This document shows positions 11,191-23,734 of a stretch of 48,979 nt of DNA, piece after piece (positions within the stretch are counted from its first letter, which is position 1; every line of letters starts with the position of its first letter). This DNA is from Octopus sinensis (Eukaryota): assembly GCF_006345805.1 (NCBI RefSeq), contig NW_021834532.1, positions 1-48,979 on the forward strand, read 5' to 3'. Made by a program: the position numbers and the translations under genes. The notes below the pieces were generated by a model that was not told the DNA's origin, made no database searches, and saw only the letters and a list, made by a program, of their open reading frames with translations.

Positions 11191-11203
11191 AATATATAAT
11201 GTT

Positions 11204-11294
11204 TAGAACACAACACGCAGCCCGGTCCGGGATTCGAATTCACCCCCTCACGATCGTAAACTCGACGCTCTAACCACTGAGCCACACGCCTTCA
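11204..11294 (-). mobile_element. SINE family D head
   Basis: Reverse complement TGAAGGCGTGTGGCTCAGTGGTTAGAGCG..GAATTCGAATCCCGGACCGGG, as in 5533. Confidence 0.8.
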
Positions 11295-11885
11295 CATACA
11301 TACATAATAGATACATACATACATACAAACATGCATACATAAATACATACATACATATACACATGCATGCAAGTATGTCTATATGTATCTATATATGTAT
11401 ATGTGTATATACATATATGTGTATATGTATACCTGTATATGTACATGTATACATACATAGAAACATACATACATATATGCATACATACATACATTCATAC
11501 ATACATACATACATTCATACATACATACATACATACATACATGCATGCATGCATACATACATGCATGCATTCATGCATACCATACATACATACATACATA
11601 CATACATACATACATACATACATACATACATACATACATACATACATACATACATTCATACGTAGGTACATATATCTATTTTTGTCCTTATTCAGTTTAT
11701 TTGAAGATCTCTTGCCAATAGAGAAAGAACTGCTTTCTAATCTAGTTCCAAGCTTCCATCATTTCAGCATCAACAGCAGGGTATTTTTGCTTGTATGTAT
11801 GTATGTATGTATGTATGTATGTATGTATGTATTTATGTATGTATGTATGTATGTATGTATGTATGTATGTATGTATGTATGTATG
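11295..11885. repeat. (CATA)n and (TATG)n microsatellites
   Basis: Direct reading; two blocks separated by unique sequence at about 11670-11790. Confidence 0.9.
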
Positions 11886-12179
11886 TTATCTTCTAAACCT
11901 GGAGTTAGGATATCATTTGTCAAGTTTCTTTAGACTTGCCGCCACTGGTGGAAGGGGAGCAGGAATGAGTGTCTTAAAACCAAACGCTTGTACCGAAGTG
12001 GACTTTGCAAAAGGTTCCTAAGGCCCGAGAGTGGTGTTGAACTGTGCAATGGATTAAATCTATCATCCACGTTGACGCTGGGATTTGAACTCAGAATTCA
12101 AGGCATCTCAGCCAGTTCATCGACTACATGTGTAGTATAGACCATCGATTGGTTATGACGCAAAGGGCCATGGAAAGAT

Positions 12180-12500
12180 CCATGTTAGGAATAGCACTAA
12201 GAGAGCACATTTGAAATGAGACAATTCTTGAAAGAAACGGAGTGAATGATGTGATCTGAGATTACTGGAAGAATAAGTTCCAGTGGGCCGGACATGTCAC
12301 AAGGTCCACGGACAACAGGAAGATACGTGCAGTTGCAGATTGGTATCCAAGGGATCGGAAAAGGGCCAATTGGAGAGCCTCCACAACAATGGGAAGACGA
12401 TTTAATCAAACAATAACTTGGGTCAAATAGAAAAGAATGGTGCAATCAAGACAGAATTGGAAGCGCATTGTGACCACCGATGTATAACAGTATCTGATTG
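12180..12500 (+). pseudogene. RTE-clade LINE 3' fragment
   Basis: MLGIALREHI*NETIL...KFQWAGHVTRSTDNR...WYPRDRKR, the RTE C-terminal region, with stops. Confidence 0.75.
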
Positions 12501-12523
12501 TTTGATCGGTGCAGTGATACTCT

Positions 12524-12525
<2 letters not shown>

Positions 12526-12563
<38 letters not shown>

Positions 12564-12574
12564 TATATATATAT

Positions 12575-12661
<87 letters not shown>

Positions 12662-12698
12662 TAGAAAGATAGACAGAAAGACAGACAGACAGACAGAC

Positions 12699-12729
<31 letters not shown>

Positions 12730-12753
12730 AGACAGACAGACAGACAGACAGAC

Positions 12754-12818
<65 letters not shown>

Positions 12819-12820
12819 TA
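12526..12820. repeat. (TA)n/(GATA)n/(GA)n/(GACA)n microsatellite
   Basis: Direct reading. Confidence 0.95.
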
Positions 12821-12944
12821 TGATATTTGGGTCGAGTCAGCCTCTTGCTACTCTAGGATCTTCAAGTAAGTTGTCACTCGACCAGAATAAAGTATTAATT
12901 TCTATCATGTTATCGAGAAATCTTTTTTACAAGTAATACTAAAT

Positions 12945-12973
<29 letters not shown>

Positions 12974-12977
<4 letters not shown>

Positions 12978-13295
12978 TAATACTAAGTAATTAAGGGTTT
13001 AGCAACGAATTGCCTCACCAACACACCGAATTTAGAAATAGCAGTCAAGAGATATAGCTATTCCTTCTACTAAAAGGGGGATCTCAGTAAATCCCCCTTT
13101 TAGTAGAAGGAATAGCTATATCTCTTTGACTGCTATTTCTAAATTCGGTGTGTTGGTGAGGCAATTCGTTGCTAAACCCTTAATTACTTAGTATTACTTA
13201 AATTTTCCTCGAATGGGGCTTTTGCATGCTGAAATCTACTTGGTGTAATTGATAATTATCCCTAATTAATTAGTTTCACCTTTTATTATTACTGA
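12974..13295 (+). mobile_element. Putative Penelope-like terminal fragment with a 109/110-bp palindrome
   Basis: Arms 12974-13082 and 13091-13200 differ by a single A indel; 8-nt loop CTCAGTAA; (TA)n on both sides; homologous to 4983-5202. Confidence 0.7.
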
Positions 13296-13298
13296 TAA

Positions 13299-13342
<44 letters not shown>

Positions 13343-13514
13343 AGATTAAAAAATAAAATTCTCTCAATATTTCTTCATCCTTATTCTTACCCACAGATTA
13401 CCACCATCTTCATCATCACCCATGACCGCCTTCAGTAACCTCCAAAAGATGATCAGAATTCTTTCTTCCTCATTAATGATATTACCTCCACGGTAATAAC
13501 ATTAGAAATATGAA

Positions 13515-13648
13515 TATGAATATTATTATTATTATTATATTATTATTATTGTTTTTGTTGATGTTGTTATCGATATTATTGTTATTATTGTTATTATTGT
13601 TGTTGTTGTTATTATTATTATTATATTATTATATTATTATTATTATTA

Positions 13649-13682
<34 letters not shown>

Positions 13683-13775
13683 AATAATAATAATAATAAC
13701 AACAATAATAACAATAATAACAATAATAACAATAATATCGATAACAACATCAACAAAAACAACAGCAACAACAAC

Positions 13776-13829
<54 letters not shown>

Positions 13830-13850
13830 GATAATAATATATCTTTTTTA
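13515..13850. repeat. (ATT)n/(AAT)n microsatellite
   Basis: Direct reading. Confidence 0.95.
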
Positions 13851-13999
13851 TTAACTTTAAAACAATATCGGTCTGAAGTTGAATAAATTTGAATCTTGTT
13901 CAAGAAAACATTGCCAAGAACTAACAAACTGAATTCCGCATCAGACCCCGACACCCTCGTTATTGCCTCAGCTTTTATAACTACTGCAGCCATTATGCC

Positions 14000-14590
14000 T
14001 CCCCTCCCCCACCACCACCACCAACTCAACCACCACCACCACTACCAAAACGACAAACACTACCACATTCACGAACACTACCACAACCACCATTATTACC
14101 ACAACCCTTAACACCACCACTCTTACTACTACTACCACCGCCTCCACCACGACCGCCACCATCAGTGCCAAAGCCACTAGAATTACCACCATCATAACAA
14201 TCACCATTACAACAACCACCACCACCACCGCCACAATCACCACTGCAATCCCACCACCACTACCACCACCACAACCACCACCACGACCACCGCCACCACC
14301 ATCACCACCGCCACCACCATCACCACTGCCATCACAATAGCCACCAACACAACTACCATTATCACTACCAGAATCACCACCATCACGACCACTACCAGCA
14401 CCAAACCAATCTCTTATACCCTTACAACAACGACGACCAACACCACTAGTACCACAACCATCACTACTATCACCACAACCACCACCTCAACCACCAGCGT
14501 TATGACCACGAACACTATACCTCTACCGCCAGTGTTATAACCAACATCGCCACGACCACCACCACTTTCATAACCACCTCTAACACTAGT
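14000..14590. repeat. Degenerate (ACC)n low-complexity tract
   Basis: Direct reading. Confidence 0.85.
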
Positions 14591-14634
14591 ATTATAATGA
14601 TGCTAGCAAAGCAATGGTTATAGTCATTATGGGG

Positions 14635-14880
14635 CATTATAGCGCATAGGCGGGCAGTTTTGGCAGCATATTCGCAGACCAGACATTTATGTTGATGTCG
14701 ATGAAAATGATATTGTGTTCAGGAAGTCTTTTTTAGATGAGAACTCATTAGTGAGCGATAGAGGATTATAACTGTGCAGTAGGTTTGCTTTTATGGTAGC
14801 CATGTTGGAAGCCGTTAATGAGGGAGAGATATTCAAGGCGATGGAGAAGGATGGTGTTAATGGCTGTCTTATCTCATGTT
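14635..14880 (-). pseudogene. Decayed non-LTR RT fragment (CR1/L2/Jockey-like)
   Basis: Frameshifted GFQHGYHKSKPTA...IIFIDIN...VWSANMLPKLPAY, resembling FQHGF...DISKAFDRVWH..LL.KLP.Y. Confidence 0.5.
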
Positions 14881-15033
14881 AAGTCTTCCAGATGGAGAGG
14901 AATTTGCGAGAGAAAAATTTCCAGAGCGAAACTGGCCAAACCGACGTTGGCATGTCCAGACACTTTAAGCTTCTTAAAAATAAGATAAAAAAAACCAAGG
15001 CTGTGTAGATTTTAGAACATTTATAGATAGAAG

Positions 15034-15085
15034 GTCTTACAGCTGTTTCTAGGGTATTTATTAATTATTTCCCTTCATCGGAGAC
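15034..15085 (-). ncRNA. Type I hammerhead motif, CCGATGA core, in a putative pseudo-LTR (about 14970-15120)
   Basis: GTCT-CCGATGA-AGGG-(16 nt)-CCCT-A-GAA-ACAGCTGT-A-AGAC: palindromic stem III and GUA site; second copy at 26277. Confidence 0.6.
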
Positions 15086-15139
15086 GGTGTGAGAGGATGG
15101 TTAAGTCATAGTTTGTTTAGATGTGATACAAAATGGAGA

Positions 15140-15622
15140 GTGGTCGATAAATTAAGTACTAGTTGTGTACTGGGGTCGATCTAATCGACTGGCTCCCTCT
15201 CCCAAAATTTAGGGCCTTGTGCCTAGAGTAGAAATGAAACGTTAGCACGCCGGGCGAAATGCTTAGTGGTATTTCGTCTGCCTTTACGTTCTGAGTTCAA
15301 ATTCCGCCGAGGTCGACTTCACCTTTCATCCTTTCGGGGTCGATTAAATAAGTACCAGTTACGCACTGGGGTCGATGTAATCGACTTAATCCGTGTGTCT
15401 GTCCTTGTTTGTCCCCTTTGTGTTTAGCCCCTTGTGGGTAGTAAAGAAATAAGTATTTCGTCTGTCTTTACGCTCTGAGTTCAAATTACGCCGAGGCCGA
15501 CTTTGCCTTTCATTCTTTCGGGATCGATAAATCAAGTACCAGTTGCGTACTGGGGTCGATCTAATCGGCTGCTTCCCTCCCCCAAAATTTCGGGGCTTGT
15601 GCCTAGAGTAGAAAAAGAATAC
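15140..15622 (+). mobile_element. SINE family B composite (tail fragment, unit, unit with alternative tail)
   Basis: Repeated CTGGGGTCGAT.TAATCG and GAGTTCAAATT.CGCCGAGG motifs. Confidence 0.9.
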
Positions 15623-16494
15623 TGAGAGGTAATATTCCCCCTCCTCCCACACACACTTAACAGTGAATGTTCTATTAGTACACACTTTGCTGCGGTAGTT
15701 AGCATTGGCTTTTTCTCTCATGCTAACTACCGCAGCAGAGTTTGTTGTAATAAAAGATCCACATTTAAGCGGTGATAAATATTACAACTTAAAACTTCAT
15801 TTCTATAGACAGAAAGAATATCTATAACCGCTTTCATTACCGAAGAATCCCCTTCGAATTCATACAACACGCAATGTCTGATACGGATCTGATCTAAACT
15901 CATTTTTGAAAGGGTAAAATCGATACGAATTTAACCACTAAATTATAAAATAATCTGCATAGAATACCCCACCATTGAAATGTAAAAATAATTGCTTATT
16001 CTAAAATAAAGATTACAAAAGTACCCTCCAAGTGATCCTGTCAAAAGTGCGACATTTCTTTCTAAGCTAATTACTATGCGTCATCTATAAACCTCTAGAG
16101 CTATAATTTTCAGCTGTTTGTTTGTATTAATCTTAATTCTATTGATTACTTTTATACGGTGCAGCTGGAACTGAATAAATTGTGGAGTCTGTTGTTCCAA
16201 ATGGATGATAGCAATTAGTTGTGCTACTTCTGACATTCGAGTTTCGAATCCCGCTGGACTTGACTTTGTAGTTTCATCTTTCCACGGTCAATAAAATATC
16301 TTCTATAATAATATCTTTCATATTGATGTTATTGATAGTTCCCTTGTGCATCACTAAGTGATATTGCTGACTCCTACAAAGTTTTTTTTTTTTTAATATT
16401 TAAAAAAGAAAAAAGTTTAACGGAATTGAATGAATCTTAGCTGTACACCATCGTCTTTAGTATAAGGAATACGGTGTTCTTTTTCATTACATAC

Positions 16495-16553
16495 ACACGT
16501 GAATATGTATGTATGTATGTATGTATGTATGGATGGATGGATGGATGGATGCG

Positions 16554-16616
<63 letters not shown>

Positions 16617-16675
16617 GCCTGCCTGTCTGCCTGCCTGTCTGCCTGTCTATCTATCTATTTGTCATCCTGTCTGTG

Positions 16676-16708
<33 letters not shown>

Positions 16709-16755
16709 CTCTAGCTGTCTATCTGTCTGTCTGTCTATCTATCTATCTGTCTGTA

Positions 16756-16812
<57 letters not shown>

Positions 16813-16841
16813 GTCTATCTGTCTGTCTGTCTATCTATCTA

Positions 16842-16877
<36 letters not shown>

Positions 16878-17010
16878 TCTATCACTTTCTCTCTCTCTCT
16901 CTCTCTCTCTACATACATAATACACATACATAATACATACATAAATATTTATATACACACACAAACACACGCACGCAACACACACACATATATAATTACA
17001 TGCGTATACA
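16495..17010. repeat. (TATG)n/(GGAT)n/(TCTA)n/(TCTG)n/(TC)n microsatellite
   Basis: Direct reading. Confidence 0.95.
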
Positions 17011-17507
17011 TACATATAATCCTTCAACCTTATTTTCTTCATTACTTACTTGCAACCCAAGTAACAATGCCTCTTTCTCTCCTCCTCATCCTCCTCCTCC
17101 TCCTCCTCTCATTCTTTCTCTCCTATTGCCAAAAGGAAACGGTCCGGAACATTAGATTCTCCACCCTTCCTCTTAGCAATTAAATTTATTAATCTATGTT
17201 TGTAAACTCTCTCCCTTTGACTAACAGTTACCAACACAGGCCGTCACCTTATAACTTGCATTCTAGATTTTCCCGTATTGCACAAAACCACCACAACAAC
17301 AACAACGAAATTTCCTTTAAGCCGTACTCTACTGTACAGAAATAAGAACGGATAAACTAGACAAAGCAGTTCCCTGTGAACTAACCAAAGCTGGGAGGCC
17401 ACAAATGGAGCGCCTTTGGGCATTCATTGGTCTGCTTGATCAATTCGGAACTGAAATTGAACAACAGCGACAGCAACAATAACAACAGTAGCAACAACAG
17501 CAACAGT

Positions 17508-17702
17508 GGAGGCGCAGTGGCCCAGTGGTTAGGGCAGCGGACTCGCGGTCGTAAGAACGCGGTTTCGATTCCCAGACCGGGCATTGTGAGTGTTTATTGA
17601 GCAAAAACACCTAAAGCTCCACGAGGCTCCGGCGGGAGGTGCTGGTGAACCCCGCTGTACTCTTTCACCACAACTTTCTCTCACTCTTTCTTCCTGTTTC
17701 TG
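17508..17702 (+). mobile_element. SINE family C, 5' part
   Basis: GGAGGCGCAGTGGCCCAGTGGTTAGGGC A-box, GGTTTCGATTCCC B-box; near-identical to 29446. Confidence 0.9.
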
Positions 17703-18239
17703 CCACAAAGCCGAGGAACTATGGTGTAAGCCACTATGGTGTGGTATACTTTCAGACCCTAGTCTAGATTGCGAATCCTCTGTACCCCAGGATGGTTCAG
17801 CTCTCCACCCGTTAAAGGCCACCGTTTACGGAATGAGGATAACAACGTAGCTTTCGTGCATGTGCAACCGCCAGTCTATCGCGTGTGGTGGGTGGATCTT
17901 CAAGTTGCCACACGCATTCTTAGTAGCTTAGAGTAGGCTCGAATTAGATATTATTCTTTGTGGCTAATGGCCTGAGTCCTGATTAGAAGAAGAAGAAGAA
18001 GACAGAAGCAGCAGCAGCGACGACAAGAAGAGCTTCAACAGCATTATCTACAATGTCACTTGTGTCATTGGTCTCCGTTAAAACCAATAGCTCTAGTCTG
18101 TTTAGTGAACAAGAATAAACCATGGCTTTATTTATAGCTCCGCTGTTTTTATAATTTTGCGTCGTGACATTAAAGCGACGCGACAGAAATATTAAAGAGA
18201 GAACTTCTCAAAAGAACGCACCAACGAAAATGTCGCTAT

Positions 18240-18445
18240 GTGACCGGTTTGATCTGCTTGAAATAGCAGCCAAGTCTCCCACACATGAAATGAAACCCTA
18301 TTTTCTTATAGAAAAAAAAAAGAAAGACGATTTAAGTAATGCTACTCTTGGCTCACAGCGCCTTGGAAAAACAGGACGGCCACGGCTGGAATGCTAGGAT
18401 GTCTTTAATCGTAGATTTAATTAGTCAGGGCTAACCTGTGCCTAA
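18240..18445 (+). mobile_element. Family F old retroelement tail
   Basis: CTGCTTGAAATAGCAGCCAAGTCTCCC...GGCCACGGCTGGAATG...CAGGGCTAACCTGTGCCTAAA. Confidence 0.55.
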
Positions 18446-18712
18446 ACACCGCCACCTCCGCCTCCACAGTCATCTCCGTCTCCGTATCTGCCTCCGCTGC
18501 CACCTCCACCTCCGCCTCCGCCTCCGCCTTCCCCGCCTCTGCCTTCCCCGCCTCTGCCTTCTCCGCCTCCGTCTCCGCCGCCCCCGCCTCCGTCACCGCC
18601 GCCCCCGCCTCCGTCTCCGCCGCTTCCGCCTCCGTCTCCGTCGCCCCCGCCACCGTCTCCGCCGCCTCCCCGCCTCCCCCGCCGCCGCCGCCACCTCCGC
18701 CACCGCCGCCAA
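18446..18712. repeat. GC-rich degenerate (CCG/CCT)n tract
   Basis: Direct reading. Confidence 0.85.
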
Positions 18713-19577
18713 CTGCAGCAGCAGTAGAAGCAAATCAAACTGATACGGTACGCATGTCTGTAATTTTCTTATTTATCATTGTTTTTGTAACTATCACGAT
18801 TTGACCTTTGACTGTCTTCTGAAATTTACCTAAATATCTTATCATAAATAAGTGTGTGTGTGTGTTGTGGTGGAGAGGACAGTTTCATTTATGTAATAAA
18901 AATAAAACACCCCCGGGCAATCCCGGTTATTTTACTTTCTATGATTTCAGGATCGACAGAATGAGTGGCACCTACATAAGCTGGAACTGAATATCGGTGG
19001 AAGTAACAGCCAACCTTCCCTCGAAAATGCGCAGTTTAAGTCCTCTGTTTTAGTTCCCCTCATATCTAAGATTTTGTTGTATCCTGGGAGGGTCATTACG
19101 CCAATAACAATAACACACGCATTGGTTCAATTCCACTTCTTCATTGTTAGTCAATTGGTTAAATATACAATCAACAAAATAATCGATCGCTGGTTTAATG
19201 TGCTGGTCGATTGGCTGTTTCTTTATCAAAGTTCTTTCGTTGCTAGTCGCGACGTTTCCACTGACTTGGTGACTTCCCTCTTACTCTTAAGGTTTGCTCT
19301 GAGTCTGTCTGAGAACTGGTGATGTTTTATATAAATATACATACAGAATATAAGAATTTACGAATATAAGAATTTAAGAATATAAGAAGAGAAGTCGATC
19401 TTAGTACTTCATTGGTAGTTTATTTGATAAAAATACCAACCGATCCAAGTACTTGACTGCTATCTCTATATATATAAATGGCAAAATGTCTGTCAGTGTG
19501 TGTGTCCTTTATACAAATCCACAATTTTTCAATTAGAGATCTCGCACTTTCTATGGTCATTCAAAACCGTTCACCAC

Positions 19578-19615
<38 letters not shown>

Positions 19616-19683
19616 ACACACACACACACACACCCGGCGTTGTGGGGTCATAGTGCTAGTTTTATTATATATATATATATATA

Positions 19684-19830
19684 CTCTTTCACCACTCTTT
19701 CTTCCACTCTTTCTTCTGTCAGCCTGCTCGCTTAGCCAGCGGGGTGGCGTCATTCGAAGGCTAAAACAATGCGAACGCATTGTGACCAGCGATGTGTAAC
19801 TACATCTGATGGTCTGGTCGGTCACGTGAT

Positions 19831-19838
<8 letters not shown>
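19684..19838 (+). mobile_element. SINE family C, 3' part
   Basis: GCCTGCTCGCTTAGCCAGC...GAAGGCTAAAACAATGCGAA..CATTGTGACCAGCGATGTG...GGTCGGTCACG, as at 29635-29756. Confidence 0.85.
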
Positions 19839-19886
<48 letters not shown>

Positions 19887-20200
19887 CTACAAAAAATAAA
19901 GCAATTGTCAAATGCAGGAGGGCTGTGAGGACAGCTAGAAAATCGGGTAAATACCCATTGGAAGCAGGGGGAAAGTGGCAAGTAAACTTCAAAAGGGAAT
20001 CGAATCGAACGCTGCCCCTCGCAAACTCCGGTTGAGCGCCCCTGAGCCGTTAAGCTAAGACAGCCCAGACAACCGATACCGCTTTTTTATAATGCTAAGT
20101 AATAGCCTTTGGAATGTGATAACATACATACATAGATACATACACGCACATATGTATACACACACAAACACACACACACACACATACACACACACACATA

Positions 20201-21067
20201 CTTGCATTTTTGGTGGAATCGTTCTAACAATTTGAAATGTCTTTCAGAACTCGTTCTTTTTTCAGAAGAATACAACAGGGATGGTAAGACAAACGATTTG
20301 GAAAGAGCCAATTTTGTGTTGTTATTTATATGTCTTTGGTTCCAAACGCATGAATCCAAATCATCAAATGCTTGTGCTGCCCTTTGAATTCGCAGATGTA
20401 TTCCTGTGTCCAGATTTCCATCATTTTGTACAGAGCTTCCAAGGTAGATGAAAGAATCAGCAACCTCAAGTAACTTACCCTTAACAAAAATTTTAGTGGG
20501 ATTGCAAACAGCACCACATTACAAGTGTTTTTCCAAGTTGATGGTCAAGCCAAAATCATCACAAGCTGAGTCAGATGCAGATGCAATAGATTGCAGGCGT
20601 GTTTCTAAATGACTGACTAGATCACAATTTTCAGCGTATAAGAGTTCCCTAATGCATGAAGTAAAAACCTTTGTTTTGAATTTCAGTCTGGTCAGATTAA
20701 AAACATTCCCTGTTGTTTGATATTTTATGTAAATACCCTCCTCGGAGTTTTGAAAATCATCTGGCAGCACAACAGCAAAGTATATTGCAAAGAGGGTGGG
20801 TGCATCAAGGTCTCCTTATTTTACTCCATTTACCACAGCAAAAGATTCAGAGAGTCTACCACCAAAATTAACTCTAGCTTTCATATCTTGATGCAAAGCC
20901 TTTATCATGTTTACAGATTTTTCTGAGCAACTTACTTTCCTTAGAATTAGCCACAAAGCATTTCGATTAACAATATCGAATGCTTTGCTCAAATCAAGAA
21001 AAGCAATGGTATAGGGGAAGATTTTGCTCAATACACTTTTCCTGAAATTGTCTGATAATAGAGATAG
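20201..21067 (-). pseudogene. RTE LINE reverse transcriptase (inverted 5' segment)
   Basis: IRQFQEKCIEQNLPLY/IAFLDLSKAFDIVNRNALW...RELLYAENCDL...FGLTINLEK...VLPSLLYSSE...LERFHQKC. Confidence 0.9.
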
Positions 21068-21795
21068 TAAACTTTAAACATTTACTCCAGACACAGATGT
21101 CTTTGTGTCTGCAAGCATCACTTCAATCAAATCAGTGTTTCTGAAAAACCGAATGAGATGGTCTGGTTATATTGTTCGAATGGCGGATGAACGCACACCC
21201 AAATAGCTGTTTTATGGCGAACTTGCAGAGGGGAAACGCAATCGGTGTAAACCTAAAAAGAGGTTTAAGGATGGCATAAGGACTACCATGAAGTCATTTG
21301 GAATGGCTCCAAAGGCCATAGAAACCCTTGTATCGAACTGGATGACGAACAAAAGTGTGGAGTGGAGTGAAAGCGTTTGAGGAGATCAGGATAACACATA
21401 CAAAACTCAAGAAAGATTTAAAGAAGGATGTTTCGATTGCGAAGGTGAATCTCAGTGACCATTTGGTGTGCACAGTTTGTGACAGACCATATCTTTCTAT
21501 TGCTGGGCTCAAATCTCATTTGCGGATCCATGAAAAACGTACCTCCACCAACAGATCTGCCTATATATCTGTGCACAGCTTTCAAGGCTGTGTATGCCAT
21601 ACGGGCTGCAAATCTAATGGAGGCCTCAAAAGACATTTTAAGATTCACAAAGATCAGAAATTAACTGTAGCTCTGGGTGGTCCAAATCGGATATGCAATC
21701 TATGTGGGTGTCTTTTCAATACATTGCCTAGTCTAGAAAGCCACATCAGATTCCATGATTGATCAAAGGTGTAGGGACAGGAGGTGATCAGATTA
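21068..21795 (+). pseudogene. RTE LINE 3' segment with three C2H2-type fingers
   Basis: TFTPDTDV...RMRWSGYIVRMADERTPK*LFYGELAEGKRNRCKPKKRFKD, then CTVC-x12-HLRIH, CVC-x12-HFKIH and CNLC-x12-HIRFH. Confidence 0.85.
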
Positions 21796-22914
21796 TGCAC
21801 AAGGAGAAGACAATCAGTTCAATGTTATGCGAAACTGGTTTAGCACCACCACCAGAAAGTAAATAAATAAATAATAACTAAATAGATAAGGAGACAAAAA
21901 GTACACAAAGGCACAAATTTCTGGGGAAAAAACAGGTTGGTCACGGTTAGAACACATTTGCATGTGTTGACATAGGTTTAAACAACAGTAGTTCTCGTGA
22001 TCCTTTTCAAAGTAGGTTGGTCATGATTAGAACGCCTTTGCAAGTAGATCCAATCGGACATGGCTGGTATGGGGTTAAACAACATTATTTCCCATGATCC
22101 TTTTCAAGTTCTTCGAGAATAGATGGAGAGGTGAAGATACCAGCAAACTAGTGGCCTGACCCTGAATGCTTACAAAAGTGTTGACTCCTCAAAAGAAAAC
22201 CAAGGTGCTTAGTGCTGATGTCAAACCAGGCAACGACTGCAGTTTACCATACCAGAATGCCTTGACTAGGTTTGAACACAGAATGCAGAGTACATGAACG
22301 AATACCACAAGGCATTCATTCTCTCTGCCGTTGCAATAATTCTGCTAGTAACACACCCTAAATTAGTACTTTCCTTACCGACCTCAGTAGGACAAAGGAA
22401 AAGTTGACCTCGGCACGATTTGAACCTGCATCGCGAGGAGCTGGAATAAATATAACACGAGAATTGGTGTGACGATCCAACGCTCGGCGACGTAACTACA
22501 GAGTGTGTTGCCGAGACAACTTTTCACTTTGATCTTCTCCCCAGATGTAAGCCTATACAGGTTTATACAGCTGAGCTAAAATATCCAACCTTATAAAAGC
22601 GTTGCTCGGGGCGGACAGCCCCTTGCTGCCCTAGCTATGGCACTGCTAACGCTTCAGCTATAAGCCATCTTAATGCATAGCTCCTAGAGTCAAACAACAT
22701 GAAACATTTTTCAAAATGATTCATTCGTCATATTCTTCTTGTTTGATTCCATTCACATCGCTGCTTTATCAGAATATAATGTTATCATTTGTCTTCTGTA
22801 TTTGTCTGATACGATTCGACCAAAAGGAATGTTATTTTTCTCTTTTATCCATACAAAACATATTTTACGTCACCCACTTCTAATTTTAGGTTCATTGTTT
22901 CATGTTATACTGTT

Positions 22915-23645
22915 GAAACACACACTTACGCACAAACATGTACACGCGCACACACGCAGACGCGCGCACGTATACACACGTATACACGCACACAGCCACA
23001 CACACACGTATACGCACGTATACAGGCATACATCCACACACACGTATACACGCACACAGCCACACACAAGTATACATACTTGCATACACGCACACGTATT
23101 CACGCACACATACACACACACACGTATACACACGCATATATACACACGTATACACCCATACGTATACACATTTTCACATACACACACAACCGTACATATA
23201 CACACAAACATATACACACACATACACACACTCATGTGCACGCACATTTAGACACTCAAACACACACACGTATACATGCACACACACACATATACACATA
23301 CATATGCACACATACATATACATACACTCACGCATATACACGTGCATACGCACACATGTATACCCATACACATACGCACACAGATACACGCGCACACACA
23401 CATACACACCTAGACACACGTATATCCACACATGTATACACGCGCACACATATATATACATACGTAGGTACACACATACCCACACGCCTACACACGTACA
23501 TACGCACGCATATTTACAATACACACACGTATATATACACATACACACACTCGCGTATACACACACACACGCACACACGTATACGCACACATAGACACGC
23601 ACGCACAAGCTCACACGTATACACACGTATATACACACGCATATT
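22915..23645. repeat. Degenerate (CA/TA/CG)n microsatellite
   Basis: Direct reading. Confidence 0.9.
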
Positions 23646-23734
23646 GATTCTGTAAATGAGAAGAAAATTACGGTGGTGTATGATAGATGTTGAAAATCTT
23701 GTAGACATTGTAGTAGAGATGGTTGTGTCTTAGT

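Noticed and set aside
14000-14590. Mucin-like Thr-rich reading
   Set aside because: Degenerate (ACC)n with frame changes; similar tracts occur on both strands elsewhere (23735-24000).
17508-17580. tRNA genes at SINE heads (also 5533, 29446, 34026 and 46601)
   Set aside because: A/B boxes are present, but there is no complete cloverleaf and each continues into a SINE body.
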